Shown here: piece by piece, positions 1-12,580 of the stretch
Numbering within the stretch: the stretch's first letter is position 1
Layout of the letters: each line of letters starts with the position of its first letter
Source of the DNA: Malacoraja senta
Taxonomy: Eukaryota
Reading direction: 5' to 3'
Length of the DNA stretch: 64,000 nucleotides
Assembly: GCA_038087875.1 (NCBI GenBank)
Contig: CM075998.1
Location: 930,001 to 994,000, forward strand
Notes under the pieces: model-generated
Told to the model about the DNA's origin: nothing
The model's database searches: none
The model's input: the letters and a program-made list of their open reading frames with translations, nothing else
Position numbers and translations under genes: made by a program

Positions 1-20
1 GACATGAATGTGCATATTAC

Positions 21-1365
21 TTGTTTTAAACAATATTGGACAATGTGAGCGGAGGGCTGGCAATTATTTGAGGGTCTCGCAATTGCTTGAAGCCATGTAT
101 TCTGCAGAATTACCTGGTTTGTGAGAAACCCTTGTTCATCCTGCTTGCTGTTCAAAACATGCCAAATAGTGTGTTCACTCAGCTAGAAAGCATAATTGTA
201 AAGTAGCCAAAAGCTGAAGATTTTTGTTTTGTTTTATTTGACTGCATCTATTGAATTTAGAAGGTCTGTGTCTAATACAATAAAAGTAATAATACTTTTA
301 ACTATTGTACACACTTGGTAACGGTGGGTTTAGTTTTCAGTTTTGTTGAGGTTTGGTGATTGCGCCTTCTGAATTGTGTTAACTTCTTGATGTTCTCACA
401 GTCTAATTGACATCCCTATATTAGAAACATAGAAAATAGGAGTAGGCCATTCGGCCCTTCGAGCCAGCACCACCATTCAATGTGATCATGGTTGATCATC
501 CACAATCAGTACCCCGTTCCTGCATCCTCATATCCCTTGATTCCGCTAGCCCTAAGAGCTCTATCTAACTCTTTTGAATGCATCCAATGAATCGGCCTCC
601 ACTGCCTTCTGAGCCAGAGAATTCCACAAATTCACAATTCTCTAGGTGAAAACGTTTTTCCTCATCTCAGTTCTAAATTGCCTACCCCTTATTCTTAAAC
701 TGTGGCCCCTGGTCTGGACTCCCCCAACATCGGGAACATGCTTCCTGAATCTAGCTTGTCCAATCCCTTAATTTTATATGTTTCTGTAAGATCCCCTCTC
801 ATCCTTCTAAATACCAGTGAACACAAGCCCAGTCGCTCCATTATTTCATCATACGTCAGTCAGTCCTGCCATCCCGGGAATTAACCTTGTGAACCTACGC
901 TGCACTGCCTCAATAGCAAGAATGTCCTTCCTCAAATTAGGAGACCAAAACAGCACACAATACTCCAGGTGTGCTCTCACCAGGGCCCTGTACAACTGCA
1001 GAAGGACCTTATTACTCCTATATTCAAATCCTCTCATTATGAAGGCCAACATGCCATTAGTTTTCTTCACTGCTTGCTGAACCTGCATGCTTACTTTCAG
1101 TGACTGATGTACAAGGGCACCCAGGTCTCGTTGCACTTCCCCTTTCCCTATCTGACACTTCACATTTATTGCAATACTAATTACATTCTTTCTGCTATTC
1201 CTTAAACTGGCAATTGTGGAATACAAGATGTGGGGAAGAATGCCCTTTTCAACTTTTGGATATGAAAAATAGAAGAAAAAAAAAATATCTAAATGAAAGA
1301 AAATCGTAACTTTTAAAAATATTTACCTAAGTATTATTGTGTACCTTTGTTCCCGTTGACAGCAT
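21..1365 (-). CDS. Candidate first two coding exons of an unidentified gene running off the left edge (1365-1345 MLSTGTK; 182-21 LSEHTIWHVLNSKQDEQGFLTNQVILQNTWLQAIARPSNNCQPSAHIVQYCLKQ)
   Basis: The minus-strand acceptor ctttctag at 183 and donor gtaata at 20 bound a 162-nt phase 0-0 exon; only that frame is open. An upstream exon 1396-1345 has acceptor tttctttcaatcag, an ATG and donor AAG|gtacac in phase 0. No homolog recognised. Confidence 0.3.
422..1157 (-). mobile_element. CR1 LINE 3' fragment
   Basis: ORF 849..1226 carries CR1 ORF2 C-terminal motifs (QRDLGALVHQSLK, LYRALVRAHLEYCVLFWSP, VQRRFTRLIPG). An (ATAGAAAC)-type tail is at 422-435. Confidence 0.9.
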
Positions 1366-2164
1366 CAAGGCCCATCCATTTTACCCCCAAAAAAGCCTGA
1401 TTGAAAGAAATTTGTTTCTGTGGTATTTGGGTTCTAATTAAAGGTATAAAAGTTTGATTATCTTCATGCTGGACTGATGCAAATCTTTGCCATGATAGAA
1501 GCTTATATCTTCAGCTTTCGGCTACTTTACAAGTATGCTAAAGATTTTATCCATACTTTACAATTATGCCAAAGTTTCTGAGGTATGTTTTTCTCCTGCA
1601 GTACTGTTTGCAGACAGCAAGCGACACTCTTGTACTAATTACCATAGCTTGGCGACACGTTTCTAGCTCGGCGTTAGAGCTGGAGAAATGATAGGGAATG
1701 ATTCACCAGAAGGCACACAAACACCAAGCAAGAACGTGAAAGTAAAAACAGAAAACTCCTCTTGTTCCAGTTCACCATAATCCTCAATTTCATAATCTTT
1801 CAGATATTTATCTATCTCCATTTTAACTATATTTAGTTTTAATCTTATAGATCTTAGGTTGGTTTATTATTGTCACATGTATTGAGGTACAGTGAAAAAC
1901 TTTTAGTTGCATGCTATCCAGTCAACGGAAAGACTATACATGATTACAATCAAGTCATCCACAATGTACAGATAGAGTGTATCATTTAGTGCGAGATAAA
2001 GTCTGATTCAAGATAATTCTAAGCTTTGTTTAAGAAAGAACTGCAGATGCTGGAAAAATCGAAGGTCGACAAAAATGCTGGAGAAACTCAGTGGGTGCAT
2101 GGTGTGTTTTGCCTGGATAGCACCTGAAACAAAGTTATCCCCTGTGTCTTGTCCTATCAAGCAG

Positions 2165-2450
2165 GAGGTCGAGGGGTGATCTTATAGAGGTGTATAACAT
2201 CGTGGAGGGGGGGGTGTTTTACCCCATTTACTCAGAGTCAGGGAATCGAGAACCTGAGGACATGGGTTTAAGGCCAGAGGGAGAAGATTTAATAGGAACC
2301 TGAAGGGCAACTTTTCCACACAGAGGGTTGGGTATATGGAAAGAGCTTTGGAAGGATAGGGCCAAACGTGGGCAGGTGAGACCAGCATACATGCGGCATC
2401 TTGGTCAGCATTGGCCAGTTGGGTTAAAGGGCCTGTTTGACTGTGACTAT
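2165..2450 (+). mobile_element. CR1 LINE 3' end remnant
   Basis: Contains gaggggtgatcttatagaggtgtataa...gggcaacttttccacacagagggt, matching the CR1 RLRGDLIEVYK...NFFTQRVV region seen in other copies in this window. Confidence 0.7.
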
Positions 2451-2454
2451 CATT

Positions 2455-2640
2455 GAAGATCACTCAAAGTAGAGTATGATTGTCCTGGTGGGTCCTTTCT
2501 GTGGGCCTTGATTTGGCTGAAGAGACCGATCCTGGAGCTACAGACTTTTACTGCTTCCCAGCCTTGATCTGAGACGCCGTGCTCAAAAGAGTTGGGGCTC
2601 TGTGCATTCATGCTCTTTTCAGCTGAAATTAAAGCCACAA
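2455..2640 (-). mobile_element. RTE-clade LINE 3' remnant
   Basis: Translation VKVCSSRIGLFSQIKAH resembles the RTE/BovB C-terminal SRIGLxSHxxxH motif. Confidence 0.5.
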
Positions 2641-3239
2641 TGAAAAATGAACCTGTTGCTTATCACCACTGGCAGACCGGGGACCTATCCGTATCTGCCT
2701 AATTAAGCACTTCCTGTCAATTAGAATTATCTTGAATCGGACTTTAAAAAAAAAATCTGATTCTGGAAAATTTGTTGCAATGATGCATAAAAATTGCTGT
2801 TGTCAGCAGTGGCTGCAATTTCAGCACTCGGCTTGAATCTGTAGTCACTTGTCATCATTGCCTGGTTTAAGGGAAATGCCTTGTTTGTGGGCAGGTTGGA
2901 TGCATGTACACGTTGGCTCACGAGCTCTTTGCTGTGTTGTCAGTTTTCTAAGCACATGGAATTCCTGTTATGTGAGTTTTCAACCCATCGTGGCGACAGC
3001 ATCCTTTCACCACAGGCTAGTTGAACCGATCAGCCACTTTCACTCCATCTTGGCCCATTTAGAACACACTCCATGGAGTTGTTGATTTTCTCCACACTGT
3101 AAATGTGCATGACCCAGAGTTTCAGCTACCATCGTCTCCATTCCCCTTTCCCTCTCCTCTTGCACAAATACAACTCAGCATTCATTGTCTATTTCACCTT
3201 GTTCAAATCCCTGCTACTCCTAAATTATTCAACATTAGC

Positions 3240-4140
3240 TGAGTAGGCCAGCGCTGAGGAAGTGTCACACTGTCAGTGGGGTCGTACAGAGGGAGCGCTG
3301 CAGTCAGAGCAGCAGTGGCAAGAGAGAGCAGCACGTTCAGAGGATGGGCTGTGTTGAGGGAAATCCAGATTTCTGAGTACACAACTCTGTAACTTGCCGC
3401 ATTTATATCCCAATCTCTTCCACTTTAACCCCCAGAGCACGACTCAGTTGGGTTTAATGCACCGACGGGACACTGGCCCGGACCAGTAGCAGCCCCAGGC
3501 CCACAGCCAGCACGGAGAAGAAGCGCCAACTCCAGCCCAACCCAGCTTCAACTCCCGAGGAACCAGCTCCCCGACCGGCCGGGGACTGCCAGCTGCACCC
3601 CCTGACCCACCCAGCGGCCGCCGGTCACCCCCCCCCCCCCCTCCGCCAGCGAAAGCCGAGCACCAGCCATCAACGGGGACACCCACAAAACTCTGCAGCA
3701 ACTCAGCGGGACACACAGCATCCCCGGAGAAAAGGGGTGACTTTTCAGGTCGAGACCTTTCTCCAGAGATGTTGCCTGACCCACCGAGCCACCGCAGCAC
3801 CCCGTGTGCATCCCTGCCGATGACCAGCAACCGACAGCCACTGGACAAGGCGAGAGACGCAGCCGACAGTCCCCGGCCTGCTGGGGAATGGGAGCCGGAG
3901 CAGAGCCGGGCCGGATCCAGCGCCGGCTGCAGGTCCGGGGCCACTCCGGACAAGGGCAGGATACCTTGGAGCGGACGGGGCCAGCAGCAAATCAACAGTG
4001 CCGGAGACTCGAGCCTGACACTGACCACGGACGAAATGCAGGTCTGCACACAACACAGCACCAGAGCTGCCGAGAATGTTTATAGTAAGTGACCTATGAC
4101 CTGGGCATGCGCAGTCGGAATACCGAACTCGCTTATGCTG
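3240..4140. promoter_or_regulatory. CpG-rich island of uncertain nature (promoter of a leftward gene or 5' part of a repeat)
   Basis: High GC and CpG content against an AT-rich background, with an NRF1-like GCATGCGCA at ~4104. The overlapping ORFs have no recognisable domains. Confidence 0.35.
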
Positions 4141-6393
4141 TCATGAGGTTTGTAGATGTGGAAAATATACTCCGGGAAGGAACCCTTTAAATTAAAAAAT
4201 CTCAAATGAGTTGATGATCCGTTTACATTCCAATTATATATTGGATCATGATCTATTATTGCCTGGGGCTGCCCGCTTTAATTTAAAAGCTGCACTGTTG
4301 ACTGGCAGAAAGGAGATGTCTAGACAATTCTTCTATCATTGAAGCTTTGTGGCTGCATATGACTCGGATTAAAACCCCCCACAAAACCTTCCTCCTTTCT
4401 TTCTGAAAAAATGTTTTTGTTTTATGTAACCTGATGAACTCGGCAGGTCGAGCAGCATCTGGAGGCAAAGGGATGGGAGGTTTTGCTCCAGATGCCAGCA
4501 TCTGCAGTCTCTTATGTGACTACACAAAATTCACATGCAACTATCCTCCTCTCAGAGCAGTTTTCTGGTCAAATTGTGCTCCCTTTGTGAGTTTCTGCAA
4601 TTTGTCTTCCCAGCTCTTTACAAAAATAAACATTTTCAAAATAAAGTGTCTTTGCTTCACAGTACTGTCATAAACCTTTCCCATCACCTCAGATGATACA
4701 TTTAAAAAGTTCACCAAATACATGAAGAGAAAAAATATTAGATGGATACATTACTCTGTTCAGCACCAAACTTGGGATGGTTCTACACATATTTATCTTT
4801 CATTTGGTTGCTGGATGCTGATGCGTTTTACTAGTGCCAGTGTATGTGGTGCAGGACAAACCATACTGGAGAGTGTGGTTTCCATGAGAACACTGGTGTT
4901 TTCTGTTGCTTAGTTCCAGAGGCTATGGGGAATGGTTTGCTGAAATAGCTCAGAGCCAGTTAGTGACAGTAGTCCCATGATTTATCTGATGGTAAGACAA
5001 AATGCTGGAGTAACTCAGCAGGTCAAGCAGCATCTCTGGAGAACATGGTGTTTTGTTTTGGAACCCTTCTTCAGACTGATAGTGCTTGGGCTCAGTGGAG
5101 GATTACAATTGTTTTTTTACCTTGTTTGTGTTTTAATGATGAAAAAATGTAGTCCATGATAAACTACCATGCCTCATGTCTTAAATACTTTGTTGTGTAA
5201 AGTGATGAAGAGATTGAAGTTTGACAAACGGTTTAATTAAGGATGCTGTAAAATAACAAAAGTGAAAAATAATAATTTGGAAAAGAAAACACAGTTAATG
5301 AAGAAGACAATGTTCACAACAATTTATTTTACAGATTTTCAGAAAAAATTCCCCTCCTAATGAGCCGTGAGCTTTCTGAAGTTGCTCACGTGCCTGTTTG
5401 TCAAGTAGGAACTTCAACAGTAATTTCATAAAAAGCTTTGCATTGATATTGCGCCTTGTCACACTTCTCCCAGAATGCCACAGAGCCGCAGTGAGTGACA
5501 CCAAACTTCAACCCTAACTCAGGTTGCTGAGATTAATTGCAGCGTGGCTGATGATGTCTTGGTTGGTTTGATTCCGTGCAGACCAAGAATTGTTCAAAGA
5601 CTATTTGGTGTGTCGGAGTTCTGCTGCATTGTCAACTGAGCTGTGGGGGAAATCTATAAAGTAGAAAACTATGCATTTCAATAGCGCCATATCACATCGC
5701 CCTTAAAATGTTTTGCATATGATGATGTACGTATTAAAGGTATGAAGGTAAATGCAGTTGCCATTTTTGCACATAAATAGCATCCCATAAATGATAAATG
5801 ATCAGTTAATGTATTTCGATAGTGTTGGTTCAGGACACCAGAATTACCCAAAAAACCTCTTTTGACATTTTTACTAATTCATGAGAATGTCAATGTCCTC
5901 CTCATCAGGCAGATTAGGTTAATCTGTTTAACGAGTCAACCACCATACTTTACCAGGGTCTGCTGAGATTGAGAGTTCAGATACTGGCTGGTACTGAAAC
6001 CAAAACCTTCAAACATCTTGGTGAGAAAACGACCAACACCTGTAATAATCATGAGTTATTGTGAATATAATTTTCTTTCTAAAATAAACTAATCTTCTTT
6101 GGTTTCCTCTTCTGATTTCTACCTTATGTCCTCTTGTTCAAAAATGTTTTAAAAAGACCATGATAAATATTTTGAGGAGTCACATTTTCACCAAAAGAAC
6201 TTGGATGTTCCTGTTGGGTGAACCCTCAAATTATGCTGTGTTTCACTTTTAATATAATTAAAATCATCATATAATACTTTCTAGTGGACAGATGCCTTTA
6301 GAATTTCACGAGACATTGAACAGGAATCGGGAGAAGAAAAAGCCCTGTTTAATTAATTCTCGGTGAAGAACTTTCTCCATTTGATGAACGAAA

Positions 6394-7410
6394 TCATGAA
6401 ATCACCACAATGTGTCTGGTGTCTGAAGAAATGGACACATCGTCATCTTCCTTGGCATATTTCTTGGGCAAAAACTTCACAATGTTGGTTGCAAAATGAT
6501 ACCTGAAATCTTTGTGCATAAAGTTGAAGAGGATGGGATTTATAATGCAGCGAGTACAGGCGAGGCACACAGTAAATTCATAAAAAAAATAAACTGCATA
6601 CTCTATGGTACAGTTTTGTTCATAATCCATCAGCGCAGCGAGTATGAGGAAGTAATAAGGGGAGCAACAGATTAAGAATGTTATGATGTAAGCATATATT
6701 AATTTACAGGTCCTTATGATTTCTTTGTTACCGGAGGCTTTAGCAGCTTTTGCAGTGACGATGTTGCTCACAATGATAATGGGAAAGGGGATAATAAGCC
6801 CAAAAATTAGGGTTAAAGAACCGTGAACATACCAAGACCTCAGGCTATCCAAGAAGCAGTAGTTATAGTCATATCCATACATTTGGTGAAATAAATAGTT
6901 TGGTATGGACAATACCACAGCCAGAGTCCACACGGACACACAAATCAGCCTACGGATGCGTCGATCCCTGGATCCTTGAGCCTGGGCTGGGTACCGCAGT
7001 GAGAAGTATCTGTCCAAACACGAGCTGACCAAGAAAAAGGAGCTGCTGTACAGATTAAGGCAATACAGGAAGCCATTGAGTTTGCACAAAAAGGAGCCCC
7101 AGACCCAACGGTGATGAAAGGAGATCTTTGTCATCCTGAATGGGATCATTAACACAGCAATCATGTCACTGATGGCTAAATTAAAAATATATAAGTTGCT
7201 TTCTTTCTTGGCCTTTTTCATCTGCCAGTTTATCCAAAGAACAAGAATGTTGTCTACCAGACCCACTACAAAGATTAGCAGGTATAAACCAAGCATTATA
7301 TACATCATTGCTTCTCTATCCATGTGGGTAACACATTGGCACCAGGGAGGGCTGCAATCTTTAGTAGTGGTGTTGCTGCTGCTAGGGCTGGTCACAGTTG
7401 AGTCCTCCAT
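6394..7410 (-). CDS. GPR182: GPR182 (ACKR5)-like class A GPCR, paralog A, 338 aa, single coding exon
   Basis: Seven hydrophobic segments; GLVDN (TM1), NLAISD (TM2), WVWGSFLC, NLYSSxFFL..DRY, NPILFNF. Splice acceptor (tgcag) 7 nt upstream of the ATG, Kozak tccATGG. Syntenic with PRIM1/NACA as in human 12q13.3. Confidence 0.85.
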   Translation of the reverse strand: MEDSTVTSPSSSNTTTKDCSPPWCQCVTHMDREAMMYIMLGLYLLIFVVGLVDNILVLWINWQMKKAKKESNLYIFNLAISDMIAVLMIPFRMTKISFHHRWVWGSFLCKLNGFLYCLNLYSSSFFLVSSCLDRYFSLRYPAQAQGSRDRRIRRLICVSVWTLAVVLSIPNYLFHQMYGYDYNYCFLDSLRSWYVHGSLTLIFGLIIPFPIIIVSNIVTAKAAKASGNKEIIRTCKLIYAYIITFLICCSPYYFLILAALMDYEQNCTIEYAVYFFYEFTVCLACTRCIINPILFNFMHKDFRYHFATNIVKFLPKKYAKEDDDVSISSDTRHIVVIS

Positions 7411-7616
7411 GGAGAACCTGCAGATATTAAAACAATTGTAATTTTTAGATTTAATAACATTTCCATTTGCAGCCTTCGAACACAGCTGATCCCCTTGCTC
7501 TGATGTTCTCCTGCACTGTTAGGTATATGTCTAATTCCTCTTTTCAATGTATGATCGACTTGGCTTCAGAGGCCATTTATCTTTTTAATTTGTTACCAAT
7601 TGCCCGCAGATGGCTG

Positions 7617-7713
7617 TTTAAGAAGGAACTGCGCATGCTGGAAAATCGAAGGTACAGAAAAATGCTGGAGAAACTCAGCGGGTGCAGCAGCATCTATGGA
7701 GCGAAGGAAATAG
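7617..7713 (-). mobile_element. Short Penelope terminal-repeat insertion with 15-bp TSD
   Basis: tttaagaaggaactgc...ggaaatag is flanked by gcccgcagatggctg at 7602-7616 and 7714-7728. The empty site is present in the paralog at ~22551-22565. Confidence 0.85.
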
Positions 7714-10700
7714 GCCCGCAGATGGCTGCTGACTTAAAAAAAAAGGCTGTGTGGTCCTTTGGTGAAATGCTCAATTTCCACTGCTTTTTGAGGGGAATTT
7801 TAGGTTTCTATTGCCTTTGCATGAAGGATTGTTAAAGCTGTTTGATCTCCCTTTACAAACTGCCCCAGACCTCAGCAGGGAATGGGGATTGAAGCTTCCA
7901 GCCTAGGGGCTTTATTCCAGCAATTTACAGTCTATTTCCGCGCTGAATGGCTCTATGAATCGCACCTTCACCTGGAAGGACCCCGTTAGGACCCTAGACA
8001 AAAGAAAGGTAGGAGGAATGGTCCTTTCTTTCTGAGATAGTTGAGAGCCCTCAACCATGCCTATTCCATTTCTTCTCTCACCCCCTGTATTAGCCAGAGC
8101 AAGGATAGGGTTCCTCTTATCCTCACCTTCCACCCCATTAACCTCGACATCCAATGGATCATCCTCTTTAATCTCCCACCACCTCCAATGAGATGCTAGC
8201 AAGTGATGCATCTTCCCCTCTGCCTGCATTCTGAAAGGACTTATTGTTGGTATGATCTGCTATAATTACTTTTTAAAAACTCTGCTCAAACAACCACGTA
8301 TTAAATATGATCTTATAAATCAGGTCTGAAATGTTTTAAAAAAAGAACAGAAAATGTTGGAAATGGCGGTTGAGACAACAACTATGGAGTGAAAAACAGT
8401 TATTGTTTCAGATCAATCACGTTTCATGACTGCTCTTTGCAAAGAGCAGTTCTGAAACACAATTGATCTGAAAATCAGGTTATGATATCAAAACTATGCC
8501 TCGACTGTTGCGTTTCTTGGAAACAGTACAATGTAGAGATCACAACTAAAGCACAAAATAATGAAATCAATAGATAATATTTTCCATTACAAGCCCATTG
8601 TTCAGTTTTCAAAGCAATGTCGGAATAAAGTTGCGACTGACCTGAATAAGTGTTTCTTTCACTGCTGTGTGAATTGCTCCACCGGAGAACAAATGTTTGC
8701 AAATGATTGTGAGGTTTAATATTTATGGATGTTTGAAGCGGGAGGAAGGAAAGTGAGGGGAGATTTTACAGTAAACAGGAAACCACGGGAATTATATGTA
8801 CCCAATGCTCATGGGGACAGAAGGTGTTGCAAGATAATGAATATTTTGTCCGGCTTTGGCTTTGAAAAGTCAGCATCTTTACTTTCCCAAACGAGGTAAA
8901 TAACTGGCTAAATGTGCAACGTACAAAGCCAGACTAAATCGGCAGAGGTCATTTTATTGTGTAAAATGTGTATGGAGATGGGTGGGGAGAAGTGTGGGGA
9001 CCACTTTCAAAATTAAGTCTTACATTATGTTGGCTTGTATTTGCTTCCTCTCCTTACCCAAAGCATAAAGGTCCTAAGATTTGTTACTGGGTCACACAAA
9101 TCTTGTTTGATCGCAGCTCGTAGGATACAACTGTGTCAGCTAAAGGGATGCTTCATGTTACTAAAGGACGCCTAAGATGAGAAAAGTGGTACAGCTGTGA
9201 TAACTCTGCAATAGACATCATCAGGGCAATTGTGACCAATGGAATTGTGCCCTGTCTGTGTCGCCATGAGAGTATGAATAAAAACTGAAGGAATAAGCCT
9301 TCTCAGAATGTCAGGTGATTGCTTAGGATCATACCTTTGATCACTTAGGATATGTATAGAGATGTTTATAAATGGACAAGATTAAGCTCGGGCTCATCAA
9401 TTTAAGTCACTGGCAAATTCCATTGGGAATTCAAGATAAAACTTCTTAACCCGAAGAATGGTCTTTTTTGAGCTTTATGATTATTGTCAACTTTGTGGGG
9501 GGAAATAGGAAGGAAGCTAGTAGAATATATCCTCAAATACAATAAAGATAGATTTTTCAAAATATGTCTACTAGAAAAATAAATATATTTTTGGACACTA
9601 ACAATAACGAAAACATATGGAGACCCTTCCTCAGACTGATTCCTCCAGAACTTCCGGAGATCAGCTGGTTAAGCAATAACTCTGGAGGCAAAGAGATGAT
9701 CGTTGTTCAATCAAGACCCTGCATCTCTCTCTTTATCAGTTCTGATGAACAGTCTTTGATTTGAAACGTTAAGTTTCTCTTCCAATAGATGCTGCCTGAA
9801 ATGTTGAGGCTTAGCCAGCATTTTCAGCTTTTATTCTAATAGATAATGGACAATCATATCTGGAAGCTTCATCTTAACATTTCTCATCATATTGTTTAAG
9901 GCTAGTAGGATGAGGATTGCATGTGGCTAAGGAGGATGTTACTTATTATTATGGTGTATTGTAAGTATTTTTATGATTAGTAATCTTAATTAAACGTAAA
10001 TGATTAAATGTCAGATATAAATTGTATAGTAATTGAAATAAATATAGCTGAAAAAATGTATGGAATTGTAAATTGTAATATATTTAATTGTGGTCGGGGT
10101 TGAATAAAGGGTGGAAGTTTAAGTAAATTACCGTTAATTGCACAAAAAATGTATTAAAGTACATTTATATTTGTAAGGATATTTAAAAATATGTGCAAAG
10201 TAAATATATTCACATAGAATGTAGATTTGATTTCACTGCATAAAACATTTTATATAACTGTCTACATTTTGTGAAAAGTTGTGCTGGTTCAGGAAATTTT
10301 CCTTTCACTATTACTTTTCTCAACATTATGTCACATTTGTTTGTATTGAGTTGTGTCAGCTCAGAAGTAGGTGGGAGGTTGCACGAGAAGTGAAGGGGGA
10401 AAGTTGAAATGGATTTCATATAGAAGGGAACTAAAGATTGAGTTAAATCTGAGACAAAACAAATTATGTGGGGATTAGGGCATCGATTAGAAAACTATGA
10501 TTTTCAAAGTAACAGCACAGTGGATTGTGTCCTTTGTTGGCAGTGGCAGTGGATTGTGGGGATTTGAAAAGTGAATTTGCTGAGCTTTACAATTAAAGAC
10601 TGGATACCAGCACCCCCCCCCCCATTACGCCTAACACCTATTGTGCATTTGACTTTTTGTTCCGTATCCTGTCTCCTGTATTTTGCTGCTTTCTGAAAAA

Positions 10701-11329
10701 TACTTCCTGATAGGGTTTTTTGTTAGAGACTCGACAAGAAATGTCAATCAGTGAAGGAGTCCAAAGGAACAGAACATTACTGAGGTTGCACGCAAATCAG
10801 CAAGCAGAAGGAAAATTTTCTTGGAGTAGGCCAGGCCTTCACATTCACAATGGAAGCAGCAGGAAAATGTGATCAAACACAGGACAAAGGGACTCTACTA
10901 GCACTACTGCTCTGAGGCAACTGGCTTGATCCATTGTATGGGTCAAATCCTGAGATCTTCCCGATCTGCCATTAAATGAGATCCTGGTAATTCTGAACTT
11001 TTAAAGTCTATTTATCCATCACTGATTCACATAAAGTCTCTAATTTCAATATACACAACAACAGTATTTGCGGTGATTTTTTTCAACATTATTAGAAGGG
11101 AAGTTGCACGACACAGCAGGGCTTAAAGTAGTAAGAAATATGTTTTAATTTGTCAACATTTCAAGTACATTTTGAGCAGGCTCATAACCACTGGACAGTT
11201 ACTTTACAAAAGGAATGGATACTTCTGCTGACAATGAAAAATAAAACTATTGGATTATTACAGTCGTTCAGATGAAAACTATGTGGGTGTAGGTAGAATG
11301 AAAATCTTGCTTGCAGTAGCATCGCAGGC

Positions 11330-11900
11330 TGAGACAACAGACAGAAACAAAAATTATACGTGAATTGCACAAATTCTACAAGAAAAGACAAAAGGCTTTG
11401 CACAATTGTGCAAAAATGCATAATTGGGAAACGAGTCCATCGTAGTGCAAGAGATGGCCCGAACTGTTCCATTGCCGAGGTAGGAGTAAGATTATCCGGG
11501 TAGTTTCAAGAACTTGATGGTTGTAAGAAAGTAGCTGTTCCTGAACTTGATGGCGTGGGGCTTCAAGCTTCAATACCTCCTACCCGATGGTAGCAGCGAA
11601 GGGAGGGCATGGCTCGGATGTTGGGGATCCTCGATGAGGTATACCGTTTGAGGCAGTGTTTAAGAAGGAACTGCAGATGCTGGAACATTGAAGGTAGACA
11701 AAAATGCTGGAGAAACTCAGCGGGTGCAGCAGCATCTATGGAGCGAAGGAAATAAGCAACGTTTCGGGCCGAAACCCTTCTTCAGTGCCTCGTGTTAATG
11801 CTTTCGATGCTGGGGAAGGCTGTGCACATAATCTGAACTCGGCTGAGTCCAACATTCTTCGTGATTACATCTGAGACCAGGACAGGTCACCCTAGATATT
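11330..11900 (-). mobile_element. Rex1/Babar-like LINE 3' fragment (duplicated at ~25940-26500), interrupted by a Penelope terminal repeat
   Basis: Minus-strand translation around KFRNSYFLTTIKFL resembles the Rex1 C-terminal RFRNSFFPxxIRLL motif. Confidence 0.5.
11659..11785 (-). mobile_element. Penelope terminal repeat with minimal hammerhead motif (identical copy at ~26265-26391)
   Basis: Same repeat as that flanking the GIY-YIG ORFs. Minus strand reads CTGAAGA-A-GGG-TTTCGG-CCC-GAAA-CG-TT; flanked by cagtg on both sides. Confidence 0.8.
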
Positions 11901-12580
11901 AATGCTCAGGAATTTGTACCTATCCATGTTCTCCAGAGATGCTGCCTGACCCACTGAGTTACTCCAGCACTCTGTGTCCTCTTGTGTAAAGCAGCATCTG
12001 CAGTTCCTTGTTTCTATATTTGATTCTTTAATCGTTCCCTGAGGTTTAAGTGAAAGTGTGCGGACGGATTGTCTTCCATGTGGACGCCGCGCTTGGGCGG
12101 GAACTAAGGCGGCTGCTCGTTCCTCCCCGCGAGAGCTTGGGCGAGATCGATGGGCGAGGGCGACACAAAGGCGGGATTGTCCACGTGAGGCAGCCGCGGC
12201 TTTAAATTCAGCTTCAGTTGACGCTGGCCGAGGTGGTGTGTGTGGAGAACCGGGGGTGGCATAATCCCTGTGAAATCACGAATTCTCTATGAAATCGTTG
12301 TTTAAAGAAAGAATATTGAAGCTGATTGTTTATCGATACACCTTTTTAGCTTCCCCCTCCCCCCACACAAGGTGCGCTGACCATTTCAGTCATTACTTTT
12401 TTTTCTAGAATTATCATTTTGTACTTTTCCGTTCCTGAACGGTAAGTTTGCGAGTGCGATTTCATAAAAACAGTGGGATTTTAAATTGGATCTGTCTTGT
12501 CATCCAATAAATTAATTCATGTTGTGTTCTTTCCAGTTTCGGAACTTCGCTGGAGTTGGTAAGTTTGATGACTTGTGAAG

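Noticed and set aside
3444-4092. Five overlapping ORFs (93-205 aa) in the GC-rich block
   Set aside because: Expected from GC-rich, stop-poor sequence. They include a Penelope-repeat-derived stretch (~3680-3800) and show no domain motifs.
7163-7441. Plus-strand ORFs antisense to GPR182 (also 22106-22381)
   Set aside because: Shadow ORFs of the real minus-strand gene.
12058-12264. 68-aa ORF identical at 26664-26870
   Set aside because: GTG-started ORF in a CpG promoter; its identity reflects duplication or conversion, not coding constraint.
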